Positions 18,145 through 26,340 of a DNA stretch of 32,000 bases are shown piece after piece. The stretch lies in contig NC_007493.2 of assembly GCF_000012905.2 (NCBI RefSeq), forward strand, positions 420,001-452,000, in the 5' to 3' direction. The notes below the pieces were generated by a model that saw nothing but the letters and a program-made list of their open reading frames with translations, had not been told where the DNA came from and searched no databases. The translations under genes were made by a program, and so were the position numbers. Source of the stretch: Cereibacter sphaeroides 2.4.1. Its GTDB lineage: Bacteria > Pseudomonadota > Alphaproteobacteria > Rhodobacterales > Rhodobacteraceae. Positions within the stretch are counted from its first letter, which is position 1, and every line of letters begins with the position of its first letter.

Positions 18145-19407
18145 ATGAACATCCTCATTCTCGGCGGCGGCGGGCGCGAACATGCGCTGGCCTGGGCGAT
18201 CAAGCAGAACCCGAAATGCGACCGTCTGATCGTCGCGCCGGGCAATGCCGGGATCGCGCAGATCGCCGAATGCGCCGATCTCGACATCCTCGACGGGGCG
18301 GCGGTGGTGGCCTTCTGCGAAGCGAACTCGGTCGATTTCGTGGTGGTGGGCCCCGAGGCGCCGCTCGCCGCGGGCGTGGCCGATGCCACCCGCGCCGCGG
18401 GCCTCCTGACCTTCGGCCCGTCGCAGGCGGCGGCGCGGCTCGAGGCCTCGAAGGGCTTCACCAAGGAGGTCTGCGACGCCTGCGGCGCGCCCACGGCAGG
18501 CTATGCCCGCTTCACCGAAGCCGAGGCCGCCCGCGCGCATGTGCGCGCCACCGGCGCGCCCATCGTCATCAAGGCGGACGGGCTCGCGGCGGGCAAGGGC
18601 GTCGTGGTGGCCATGACCGAGGCCGAGGCGCTGGCCGCCATCGACGACATGTTCGGCGGCAGCTTCGGCGCGGCGGGCGCCGAGGTGGTGATCGAGGAGT
18701 TCATGACCGGCGAGGAGGCGAGCTTCTTCGTCCTGACCGACGGGCGCACCGTCCTGCCCATCGGCACGGCGCAGGATCACAAGCGCGCCTTCGACGGCGA
18801 CGAGGGGCCGAACACCGGCGGCATGGGCGCCTATTCGCCCGCTCCGGTGCTGACGACGGCGGTGCAGCGGCAGGCGCTCGACGAGATCGTGAAGCCCACC
18901 ATCGCCGAGATGGGCCGCCGCGGCGCGCCCTACAGCGGCGTGCTCTATGCCGGGCTGATGATCGAGGAGGGCCGCGCGCGGCTCGTGGAGTACAACGTCC
19001 GCTTCGGCGATCCGGAATGTCAGGTGCTGATGCTGCGGCTGGGCGCGCAGGCGCTCGATCTGCTGCTGGCCTGCGCCGAGGGGCGGCTCGATCAGGTGCA
19101 GGTGAACTGGGCCGAGGATCATGCGCTGACGGTGGTGATGGCCGCGCAGGGCTATCCCGGCAGCTACCGGAAGGGCACCGAGATCCGCGGCCTCGAGGCG
19201 CTGCCCGAGACCAGCCGGCAGGTCGTCTTCCATGCAGGAACGGCCGCAGAGGAGGGCCGCATCCTCGCCACCGGCGGGCGGGTGCTGGCCGCCACCGCGC
19301 GGGGCGCCACCCTCGCCGAAGCGCAGGCCGCGGCCTATGCGATGGTCGATGCGATCGACTGGCCCGAAGGCTTCTGCCGCCGCGACATCGGCTGGCGCGC
19401 CCTCTGA
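18145..19407 (+). CDS. purD: Phosphoribosylamine-glycine ligase
   Basis: 420 aa from ATG 18145 after AAGGGAG. MNILILGGGGREHALAW followed by an ATP-grasp region. Confidence 0.95.
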   Translation: MNILILGGGGREHALAWAIKQNPKCDRLIVAPGNAGIAQIAECADLDILDGAAVVAFCEANSVDFVVVGPEAPLAAGVADATRAAGLLTFGPSQAAARLEASKGFTKEVCDACGAPTAGYARFTEAEAARAHVRATGAPIVIKADGLAAGKGVVVAMTEAEALAAIDDMFGGSFGAAGAEVVIEEFMTGEEASFFVLTDGRTVLPIGTAQDHKRAFDGDEGPNTGGMGAYSPAPVLTTAVQRQALDEIVKPTIAEMGRRGAPYSGVLYAGLMIEEGRARLVEYNVRFGDPECQVLMLRLGAQALDLLLACAEGRLDQVQVNWAEDHALTVVMAAQGYPGSYRKGTEIRGLEALPETSRQVVFHAGTAAEEGRILATGGRVLAATARGATLAEAQAAAYAMVDAIDWPEGFCRRDIGWRAL

Positions 19408-19435
19408 CGGGGCCCGAGCGCGGGTAGACCGAGCC

Positions 19436-19517
19436 CCGAGGCCTTCCGCCGGAGGGCCGGTGCCGCGCGCCAATCGTGGCGCGCAGGCATGAGCGCTCCG
19501 GTCACGGAAGGCCTCGG
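19436..19517. other. 82-nt nested imperfect palindrome (long stem-loop) in a convergent intergenic gap
   Basis: The outer stem is 13 perfect bp (19436-19448 with 19505-19517). The middle stem is 6 bp (19449-19454 with 19496-19501). The inner stem is 12 bp with one bulged A (19461-19472 with 19477-19489) and has loop ATCG. There is no U tract on either strand. Confidence 0.6.
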
Positions 19518-19608
19518 TGCCGCGCCTGATGAAGGCGCAGGCTCGTCCGCCCGGCGCAAGGTGCGGCCCAGCGGCGTCCGTCCTTCCGGGCGAGGCTTCT
19601 TTCGCGCC

Positions 19609-21135
19609 TCAGCCCGCCCAGACGCGCAGCGGGCCGAGGCGGGCGCTCTTCTTCGTCTGGTGGCGGTCCATGCGGATCAGGATGTCGCGGAGGAACTCGA
19701 TGGCGGCCGCCACATGCGGCCCCTTGTTCAGCATCACGCAGTCCGCCCGCTGGCTCATCGCGGCGTCGGTCACCTCGGCGCGGCTGGCCTGACCCTCCTT
19801 CACCATCCCTTCCAGCACCTGCGTGGCCCAGACCACCGGCACCTTTGCCGCCTCGCAGAGCCAGAGGATCTCTTCCTGGATCTCGGAGAGCCGGTCGAAG
19901 CCGATCTCGACGGCGAGATCGCCGCGCGCGATCATCACCCCCACGGGCAGCGAGCCGCCGGCCTCGACGATCAGCTCGGGCAGGAGATGCAGCCCCATCG
20001 GGGTCTCGATCTTCAGAAGGATCGCCGGGAGCGGGCGCGGATGGCAGGCCCGCGCCTCCATCGCCGCGATCAGGGCGCGCACGTCGCCCGGTGTCTGGAC
20101 GAAGGAGAAGGCCACGAGGTCGGCCTCGGCCACCACCACATCGAGCGCCGCAAGGTCTTCCTCGGTCAGCGCGGCCACATCGAGATGCGAGCCGGGCAGG
20201 TTCACCCCGCGGCCGGGCTTCAGCTTCAGCCCGCGCTCGCCCACGCGGTCCACCTCGAGGAGCGCGTGCCCCCGGCCGGTCTGGATCACCGTGGCCCAGA
20301 GCTTGCCATCGTCCACCGAGACCTGCACGCCCGGTGCAAGGGCGGCAAGCAGCGCGGGATGGCCGAGCATGGCCCAGCCCCGGCCTTCGGGCGCCAACGA
20401 GGGTTTCTCGACGAAGGCGAAGCGGTCGCCGGCCTGCAGGCGCTTGGGCAGCGGCCCGCCGGTCTTCGTCACGCGGAACTTCGGCCCGCCGAGATCCATC
20501 GAGATCGGCAGCTTGCGTCCCGTCATCCGCTCGGACTTGCGGATGTGGCCGATCATCGCCGCCCAGGCCTCGGGGCCGTCATGGGCGCAGTTGATGCGGA
20601 AGGCATCCGCCCCCGCCGCCACCAGCTCGCGCACGATGGCGGGATCCGACGCCGCCTCGGAGGGCAGGGTCACGAGGATGCGCGTGCCGGGCGCTGTGTC
20701 CCGCGCGCCGAACAGGGCGTCGCGCCGTGCGTGGAGGCTGCGGAGCTCGGGGTCGAAGCTCTCCCGGTCGGGAAAGGCCGGACCCTCGAGGCCCGCGATG
20801 GCCGAGAGCGCCGCGATCACCGCCTCGAGCGAGGGCGGCACATGGCCGTCGAGCCGTCCGAGCGTCGAGAGGCCGAGGCGGCTCAGCCGCGGCTGGAGCG
20901 TCGTCAGATCCGCCTCGCGCAGCGCCAGCCAGTCCGCCATGTTGGCGACCGACGGCAGGAATTCCAGCCGGCGCACCCGCGTGGCCCAGTCCGCCATCCG
21001 CGCATCCGCCCGGCGGAAGAGATCGGCACGGAGCGCGGTCAGCTCGGCCAGAAGCGCGCGTGCCTCGGCACGCGGATCGTCGCCGGACGGAGGCGAGTCC
21101 TCCCCCATCATCTGCCGCTCTGCCACCCCATCCAT
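19609..21135 (-). CDS. Divergent pyruvate kinase family protein (barrel plus B domain, N-terminal extension, no C-terminal domain)
   Basis: 508 aa. PK-like motifs: FRINCAHDG (compare RLNFSHG), DLGGPKFR (DTKGPEIR), VNLPG, LLKIETPMG (ISKIEN), MIARGDLAVEIG and ATQVLEGM. The start codon is uncertain (21135 or a downstream Met). Confidence 0.8.
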   Translation of the reverse strand: MDGVAERQMMGEDSPPSGDDPRAEARALLAELTALRADLFRRADARMADWATRVRRLEFLPSVANMADWLALREADLTTLQPRLSRLGLSTLGRLDGHVPPSLEAVIAALSAIAGLEGPAFPDRESFDPELRSLHARRDALFGARDTAPGTRILVTLPSEAASDPAIVRELVAAGADAFRINCAHDGPEAWAAMIGHIRKSERMTGRKLPISMDLGGPKFRVTKTGGPLPKRLQAGDRFAFVEKPSLAPEGRGWAMLGHPALLAALAPGVQVSVDDGKLWATVIQTGRGHALLEVDRVGERGLKLKPGRGVNLPGSHLDVAALTEEDLAALDVVVAEADLVAFSFVQTPGDVRALIAAMEARACHPRPLPAILLKIETPMGLHLLPELIVEAGGSLPVGVMIARGDLAVEIGFDRLSEIQEEILWLCEAAKVPVVWATQVLEGMVKEGQASRAEVTDAAMSQRADCVMLNKGPHVAAAIEFLRDILIRMDRHQTKKSARLGPLRVWAG

Positions 21136-21344
21136 CGTTCATCCCCTCGCACCCGTGACGGCGAGGAGGCTCGCAGGCTTCTGCAACAGGAACATGTCGA
21201 CGGCGCCGCGCTACAGGGGGACGCCGCCCGCGAGGATGTCGCAGGCCCGCCCGGCGCTCGACGCACGGCGGGAAGCCCTTGCCCTTCCGTCCGCCCCCGC
21301 ATAAGAAGCGCCGGATTCCGGGGTCCGGCTGCGGGGGTTGATCC

Positions 21345-22604
21345 ATGCCGCTTCTAGTGATGAAATTCGGCGGCACCTCCGTTGCCGATCTGGCGCGCAT
21401 CAAGAACGCCGCGCAGAAGGTCAAGCGCGAGGTGGAGCGCGGCTATGACGTGATCGTCATCGTCTCGGCCATGTCGGGCAAGACCAACGAGCTTGTGGGC
21501 TGGGTCGAGCAGACCTCGCCCCTGTTCGACGCGCGCGAATATGATGCGGTGGTCTCGTCGGGCGAGAATGTGACGGCGGGCCTGATGGCGCTGACCCTTC
21601 AGGAGATGGAGGTACCCGCGCGCAGCTGGCAGGGCTGGCAGGTGCCGATCAGGACCACCTCGCAGCATTCGGCCGCGCGCTTCCTCGAGATCCCGCGCGA
21701 AAATCTCGACGCGAAATTCGCCGAAGGCTTCAAGGTCGCGGTGGTCGCGGGCTTCCAGGGCGTGAGCCCCGAGGGGCGGATCACGACGCTGGGCCGCGGC
21801 GGCTCGGACACGACGGCCGTGGCCTTTGCCGCCGCTTTCGCCGCCGAGCGCTGCGACATCTATACCGACGTGGACGGGGTCTATACGACCGATCCGCGGA
21901 TCGCGTCCAAGGCGCGCAAGCTGGAAAAGATCGCCTACGAGGAGATGCTGGAGCTCGCCTCGCTCGGCGCGAAGGTGCTGCAGACCCGCTCGGTCGAGCT
22001 GGCGATGCGCTACAAGGTGAAGCTACGGGTGCTGTCCTCGTTCGAGGACACGGACGAGACCTCGGGAACCCTGGTCTGCGACGAGGAGGATATCATGGAA
22101 TCGAAAGTCGTCTCTGGCGTCGCCTATTCGCGCGACGAAGCGAAAATGACCCTCGTCACCGTCGAGGACCGCCCCGGCGTCGCCGCGGCGATCTTCGGGC
22201 CGCTGGCCGAGGCCGGGGTGAACGTGGACATGATCGTCCAGAACATCTCGGAAAAGGACTACGGCAGCCATCCCGGGTCGGTCACCGACATGACCTTCTC
22301 CTGCCCGATCAATCAGGTGGCCCGCGCGCGCAAGGCGCTCGAGGATGCCAAGGCCGAGGGCACCATCGTCTATGACGATCTGGTGGTCGACACCGAGGTG
22401 GCCAAGGTCTCGGTCGTGGGCATCGGGATGCGCAGCCATGCGGGCGTCGCGGCGACCATGTTCAAGGCGCTGGCCGCCGACGGTGTGAACATAAAGGTCA
22501 TCGCAACCTCCGAGATCAAGATTTCGGTGCTGATCGACCGGAAATATATGGAACTCGCGGTGCAGGCACTCCATGATGCCTTCGCATTGGAGACGGCCAA
22601 CTGA
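21345..22604 (+). CDS. lysC: Aspartate kinase
   Basis: 419 aa. VMKFGGTSV N-terminus, an amino-acid kinase domain and two C-terminal ACT domains. Confidence 0.95.
   Translation: MPLLVMKFGGTSVADLARIKNAAQKVKREVERGYDVIVIVSAMSGKTNELVGWVEQTSPLFDAREYDAVVSSGENVTAGLMALTLQEMEVPARSWQGWQVPIRTTSQHSAARFLEIPRENLDAKFAEGFKVAVVAGFQGVSPEGRITTLGRGGSDTTAVAFAAAFAAERCDIYTDVDGVYTTDPRIASKARKLEKIAYEEMLELASLGAKVLQTRSVELAMRYKVKLRVLSSFEDTDETSGTLVCDEEDIMESKVVSGVAYSRDEAKMTLVTVEDRPGVAAAIFGPLAEAGVNVDMIVQNISEKDYGSHPGSVTDMTFSCPINQVARARKALEDAKAEGTIVYDDLVVDTEVAKVSVVGIGMRSHAGVAATMFKALAADGVNIKVIATSEIKISVLIDRKYMELAVQALHDAFALETAN
22095..22604 (+). CDS. lysC: Candidate in-frame nested aspartokinase beta subunit (ACT domains only)
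   Basis: GAGGAGGA (22083-22090) lies 4 nt upstream of the in-frame ATG 22095 (Met251), at the catalytic/ACT domain boundary (MESKVVSGVAYSRDEAKMTLV). Confidence 0.4.
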   Translation: MESKVVSGVAYSRDEAKMTLVTVEDRPGVAAAIFGPLAEAGVNVDMIVQNISEKDYGSHPGSVTDMTFSCPINQVARARKALEDAKAEGTIVYDDLVVDTEVAKVSVVGIGMRSHAGVAATMFKALAADGVNIKVIATSEIKISVLIDRKYMELAVQALHDAFALETAN

Positions 22605-22628
22605 GGCCGGCATTGACGCCGGGGGGTC

Positions 22629-24872
22629 ATGCCTGAACGCAGCGAAAGCGAAAGCCGCAAGCTTCTCAGGCGGTTGCGGGACAGTCTGGCCCTGTCCGGA
22701 AAGGGCCAGGACCGGCTGGACCGCATCACGTCCCTGATTGCGGACTCGATGCGGACCGAGGTCTGCTCGATCTATCTCTTCCGCGACCCCGACACGCTCG
22801 AGCTCTGCGCGACCCAGGGTCTCAATCCCGAAGCCGTCCACCAGACGCGGCTGAAGATGGGCGAGGGCCTTGTCGGCCGCGTGGCGCGGATGGCGAGCCC
22901 GATCAACACCGGCAACGCGCCGTCCGAGCGCGGCTTCCGGTTCATGCCCGAGACCGGCGAGGAGATCTATTCCGCCTTCCTTGGGGTGCCGATCCAGCGC
23001 GTGGGCGAGAAGCTCGGCGTGCTGGTGGTGCAGTCGCGCGAGGCGCGGGAATATTCCGAAGACGAGGTCTATGCCCTCGAGGTGGTGGCCATGGTGCTGG
23101 CGGAAATGGCCGAACTGGGCGTCTTCGTGGGCGAGGGCGAGGCGCTGTCGGCCAAACATACGCAGCCCGTGCTGATGCGCGGGTCGACCGGGCAGGAGGG
23201 CGCGGCCGAGGGCCATGTCTGGCTGCACGAGGCGCGCGTCGTGGTCACGAACCCGGTGGGCGACGATCCGGTGCACGAGACCGAACGCATCCGCGCCGCC
23301 GTGGCGCAGCTGCGCGTCTCGGTCGACGATCTTCTCTCGGCCTCGACGCTCGACAAGGATCAGCGGCAGGTGCTCGAGGCCTATAGGCTCTTCGCCCATT
23401 CCCGCGGCTGGCTGCGGCGGATGGAAGAGGACATCATGGCCGGCCTCTCGGCCGAGGCCGCGGTGCAGAAAGAGCAGTCAGCCGCCCGCGCGCGGCTCGA
23501 GCAGGTGCCCGACGCCTATCTGCGCGACCGGCTCCACGATCTCGACGACCTGTCGCACCGGCTGCTCAGGATCCTGACCGGGCAGGGGCGCGACACCGGC
23601 GCCGAGATGCCGGAGAACCCGGTGCTCGTGGCGCGCAACATCGGGCCCGCCGAGCTTCTGGAATACGGCCGCAAGCTGCGCGGCATCGTGCTCGAGGAGG
23701 GTTCGGTCGGCTCTCATGCCGCGGTCGTGGCGCGGGCGCTGGCCATTCCGCTGGTCATTCATGCCGAGCGGATCACCACCGAGGCGCTGAACGGCGATCA
23801 TATCATGGTGGACGGCGACAACGGCCTCGTGCATCTGCGCCCCGAGGCCTCGATCGCCGCGGCCTTCCGCGACAAGATGGCGATGCAGGCCAAGGCGCAG
23901 GAGCGCTACGCCTCGCTCCGCAACCTGCCCGCCCAGTCGAAATGCGGCACGGTCACGGGCCTCATGATGAATGCGGGGCTCATGGCCGATCTGCCCTCGC
24001 TCGATTCCTCGGGGGCCGAGGGCGTGGGCCTCTTCCGCACCGAGCTTCAGTTCCTGATCCGCAACCAGATGCCCAAGCGCGACGAGCTGGCGCGGCTCTA
24101 TGCCCGGGTGATGGATGCCGCACGCGGACACCGGGTGGTGTTCCGCACGCTCGACATCGGCTCGGACAAGGTGCTGCCCTATCTCAAGCCGCAGGATGAG
24201 CCGAACCCCGCGATGGGCTGGCGCGCGATCCGCGTCGGGCTCGACAAGCCCGGCGTGCTGAGGATGCAGCTTCAGGCGCTGATCCGGGCCTCGGCGGGGC
24301 GCGATCTGTCGATCATGTTCCCCTTCGTGTCCGAACACCACGAATTCATGATGGCCCGCAGCCATCTGCTGCGCGAGCTGCACCGCGAGCGCAGCCTCGG
24401 CCATCCGGTGCCGGTGAACATCCGCGTGGGCACCATGCTCGAGACGCCGAGCCTCGCCTACGCGCCGCGCGCCTTCTTCGAGACCACCGATTTCATCTCG
24501 ATCGGCGGCAACGACCTGCGCCAGTTCTTCTTCGCGGCCGACCGCGAGAACGAGCGCGTGCGCCGGCGCTACGACGTGCTGAACGTGAGCTTCCTGACCT
24601 TCCTCGAGCATATCGTGAACCGCTGCGCCGAGACGGCGACGCCCCTGTCCTTCTGCGGCGAGGATGCCGGCCGCCCGGTCGAGGCCCTGTGCTTCGCGGC
24701 CATGGGCATCCAGACGCTCTCGATGCGCCCCGCCTCGATCGGCCCGGTGAAGGCGCTGCTGCGCCGCGTGGATCTGATCGAGGCCCGCAAGGTGATCGAG
24801 ATGGCCCGCGCCTCGGGCGCCGAGACGGTGCGCCCCGCCATCCTCGAGTGGCTGGCGACGCAGGTCGACTGA
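22629..24872 (+). CDS. ptsP: Phosphoenolpyruvate-protein phosphotransferase, EI-Ntr (GAF domain-containing)
   Basis: 747 aa. N-terminal GAF region, a phospho-His region GSVGSHAAVVARALAIP, and a C-terminal PEP-utilising domain with IGGNDLRQF. It lies 24 nt downstream of lysC. Confidence 0.95.
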   Translation: MPERSESESRKLLRRLRDSLALSGKGQDRLDRITSLIADSMRTEVCSIYLFRDPDTLELCATQGLNPEAVHQTRLKMGEGLVGRVARMASPINTGNAPSERGFRFMPETGEEIYSAFLGVPIQRVGEKLGVLVVQSREAREYSEDEVYALEVVAMVLAEMAELGVFVGEGEALSAKHTQPVLMRGSTGQEGAAEGHVWLHEARVVVTNPVGDDPVHETERIRAAVAQLRVSVDDLLSASTLDKDQRQVLEAYRLFAHSRGWLRRMEEDIMAGLSAEAAVQKEQSAARARLEQVPDAYLRDRLHDLDDLSHRLLRILTGQGRDTGAEMPENPVLVARNIGPAELLEYGRKLRGIVLEEGSVGSHAAVVARALAIPLVIHAERITTEALNGDHIMVDGDNGLVHLRPEASIAAAFRDKMAMQAKAQERYASLRNLPAQSKCGTVTGLMMNAGLMADLPSLDSSGAEGVGLFRTELQFLIRNQMPKRDELARLYARVMDAARGHRVVFRTLDIGSDKVLPYLKPQDEPNPAMGWRAIRVGLDKPGVLRMQLQALIRASAGRDLSIMFPFVSEHHEFMMARSHLLRELHRERSLGHPVPVNIRVGTMLETPSLAYAPRAFFETTDFISIGGNDLRQFFFAADRENERVRRRYDVLNVSFLTFLEHIVNRCAETATPLSFCGEDAGRPVEALCFAAMGIQTLSMRPASIGPVKALLRRVDLIEARKVIEMARASGAETVRPAILEWLATQVD

Positions 24873-24947
24873 CGGTTCGCCCGCGCCCCTCGGGATGCGC
24901 CCTTCGCGCGATTGACCTGCCCCCGGGACAGGCGTAAGGGCAAAAGC

Positions 24948-25000
24948 CGTGGTGCTTTGTGCCGGATTGCGGGCCACGTTAAAGAAACCGCTAAAGAGGC
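24948..25000 (+). promoter_or_regulatory. Candidate SAM-II-like (metA motif) riboswitch in the metZ leader
   Basis: CGUGG (24948-24952) pairs with CCACG (24974-24978). The enclosed loop CUUUG (24955-24959) can pair with either of two downstream UAAAG tracts (24980-24984 or 24992-96), giving an H-type pseudoknot. The second tract overlaps an SD-like AAGAGG. It is an AT-richer patch in the leader of a methionine gene. Confidence 0.4.
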
Positions 25001-25063
25001 GAGGGCCCGCCGCCCCCGTGCTCGCCCGGCATGGGTATCGCGTTTCGTGAAGGACGGACGGGC

Positions 25064-26245
25064 ATGACGAAGGACTGGAAGACAAGGACGCAACTCGTCC
25101 ACGGGGGCAGCCGCCGGAGCCAGTATGGCGAAATGGCCGAGGCGATCTTCCTGACCCAGGGCTTCGTCTACGACTCGGCCGAACAGGCCGAAGCGCGCTT
25201 CATCGAGACCGGCGCCGACGAATTCATCTATGCCCGCTACGGCAACCCCACGACGCGCATGTTCGAAGAGCGCATCGCGGCCGTCGAGGGCACCGAGGAT
25301 GCGTTCGCCACCGCCTCGGGCATGGCCGCGATCCACGGCGTGCTCACCTCGATCGTGCGGGCGGGCGATCATCTGGTGGCGGCGCGCGCTCTGTTCGGCT
25401 CCTGCATCTACATCCTCGAGGAGGTGCTGGGCCGATTCGGCGTCGAGGTGACCTTCGTCGACGGCACCGATCTCGATCAGTGGCGCGCGGCGGTGCGGCC
25501 CGGCACGAAGGCCGTGTTCTTCGAGTCGGTCTCGAATCCGACGCTCGAGGTGGCCGATATCGGCGCCATCGCCGAGATCGCCCATGCCGTGGGCGCGCTC
25601 GTCATCGTGGACAATGTCTTCGCGACGCCCGTCTTCTCGACGGCGGTGCGGCAGGGCGCGGATGTGGTGATCTATTCGGCCACCAAGCACATCGACGGGC
25701 AAGGGCGCGCGCTCGGCGGCGTGGTCTGCGCCTCGCAGGCCTTCATCCGCAAGGTGCTCGAACCCTTCATGAAGCACACCGGCGGCTCGATGAGCCCCTT
25801 CAACGCCTGGCTCATGCTGAACGGGATGGCGACGCTCGACCTGCGCTGCCGCGCGATGGCCGACACGGCCGAGAAGATCGCCCGCGCGCTCGAGGGCCAT
25901 CCGCAGCTCGGCCGCGTGATCCATCCCGCGCTGGAAAGCCACCCGCAGCACGAGATGGCCAAGGCGCAGATGGAGCGTCCCGGCACGATGATCGCGCTCG
26001 ACCTCGCCGGGGGCAAGGAGGCGGCCTTCCGCTTCCTCGACGCCCTGAGGATCGTGAAGATCTCCAACAATCTGGGCGATGCCCGCTCGATCGCGACCCA
26101 CCCGGCAACGACCACCCACCAGCGTCTTTCCGACGCGCAGAAGGCCCATCTCGGCATCACGCCCGGGCTCGTGCGGCTGTCGGTGGGGCTCGAGGATGCG
26201 GACGACCTGATCGCCGATCTGAAACAGGCGCTCGCGGTGATCTGA
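25064..26245 (+). CDS. metZ: O-succinylhomoserine sulfhydrylase (Cys/Met PLP-dependent family)
   Basis: 393 aa from ATG 25064 (MTKDWKTRTQLVHGG...). PLP-lysine motif YSATKHIDGQG. The upstream in-frame ATG at 25031 is less likely. Confidence 0.9.
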   Translation: MTKDWKTRTQLVHGGSRRSQYGEMAEAIFLTQGFVYDSAEQAEARFIETGADEFIYARYGNPTTRMFEERIAAVEGTEDAFATASGMAAIHGVLTSIVRAGDHLVAARALFGSCIYILEEVLGRFGVEVTFVDGTDLDQWRAAVRPGTKAVFFESVSNPTLEVADIGAIAEIAHAVGALVIVDNVFATPVFSTAVRQGADVVIYSATKHIDGQGRALGGVVCASQAFIRKVLEPFMKHTGGSMSPFNAWLMLNGMATLDLRCRAMADTAEKIARALEGHPQLGRVIHPALESHPQHEMAKAQMERPGTMIALDLAGGKEAAFRFLDALRIVKISNNLGDARSIATHPATTTHQRLSDAQKAHLGITPGLVRLSVGLEDADDLIADLKQALAVI

Positions 26246-26276
26246 ACCGTCGCTTAACCCGTATCAGCATCGACAG

Positions 26277-26318
26277 TTGGGGAACGGGCCGGACCTCTCT
26301 ATATTGGGGGTCCGACCC
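26277..26318 (+). promoter_or_regulatory. Putative sigma70-type promoter of folE2 with an inverted repeat bracketing the -10 element
   Basis: TTGGGG (26277-26282), 17 nt, TATATT (26300-26305). The inverted repeat is GGGCCGGACC (26286-26295) with GGGTCCGACCC (26308-26318), complementary at 9 of 10 positions. Confidence 0.4.
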
Positions 26319-26340
26319 GCATGTGACGAGGGGAAGCGCG

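Noticed and set aside
24979-24996. TTAAAGAAACCGCTAAAG considered as a CtrA box (TTAA-N7-TTAAC)
   Set aside because: The second half-site is CTAA at the wrong spacing. The tract is better explained as the A-rich strand of the putative metZ leader pseudoknot.
25031-25063. Upstream in-frame ATG as the metZ start (MGIAFREGRTG-)
   Set aside because: The homologous N-terminus begins at MTKDWKTRTQLVHGG, and the extension has no support. I cannot exclude it without N-terminal data.
26286-26318. Hairpin upstream of folE2 considered as a THF-II (folE motif) riboswitch
   Set aside because: I cannot match it to the consensus from memory. If the TTGGGG/TATATT promoter is real, the 5' arm would not even be transcribed. 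I kept it only as an operator or 3' hairpin candidate.
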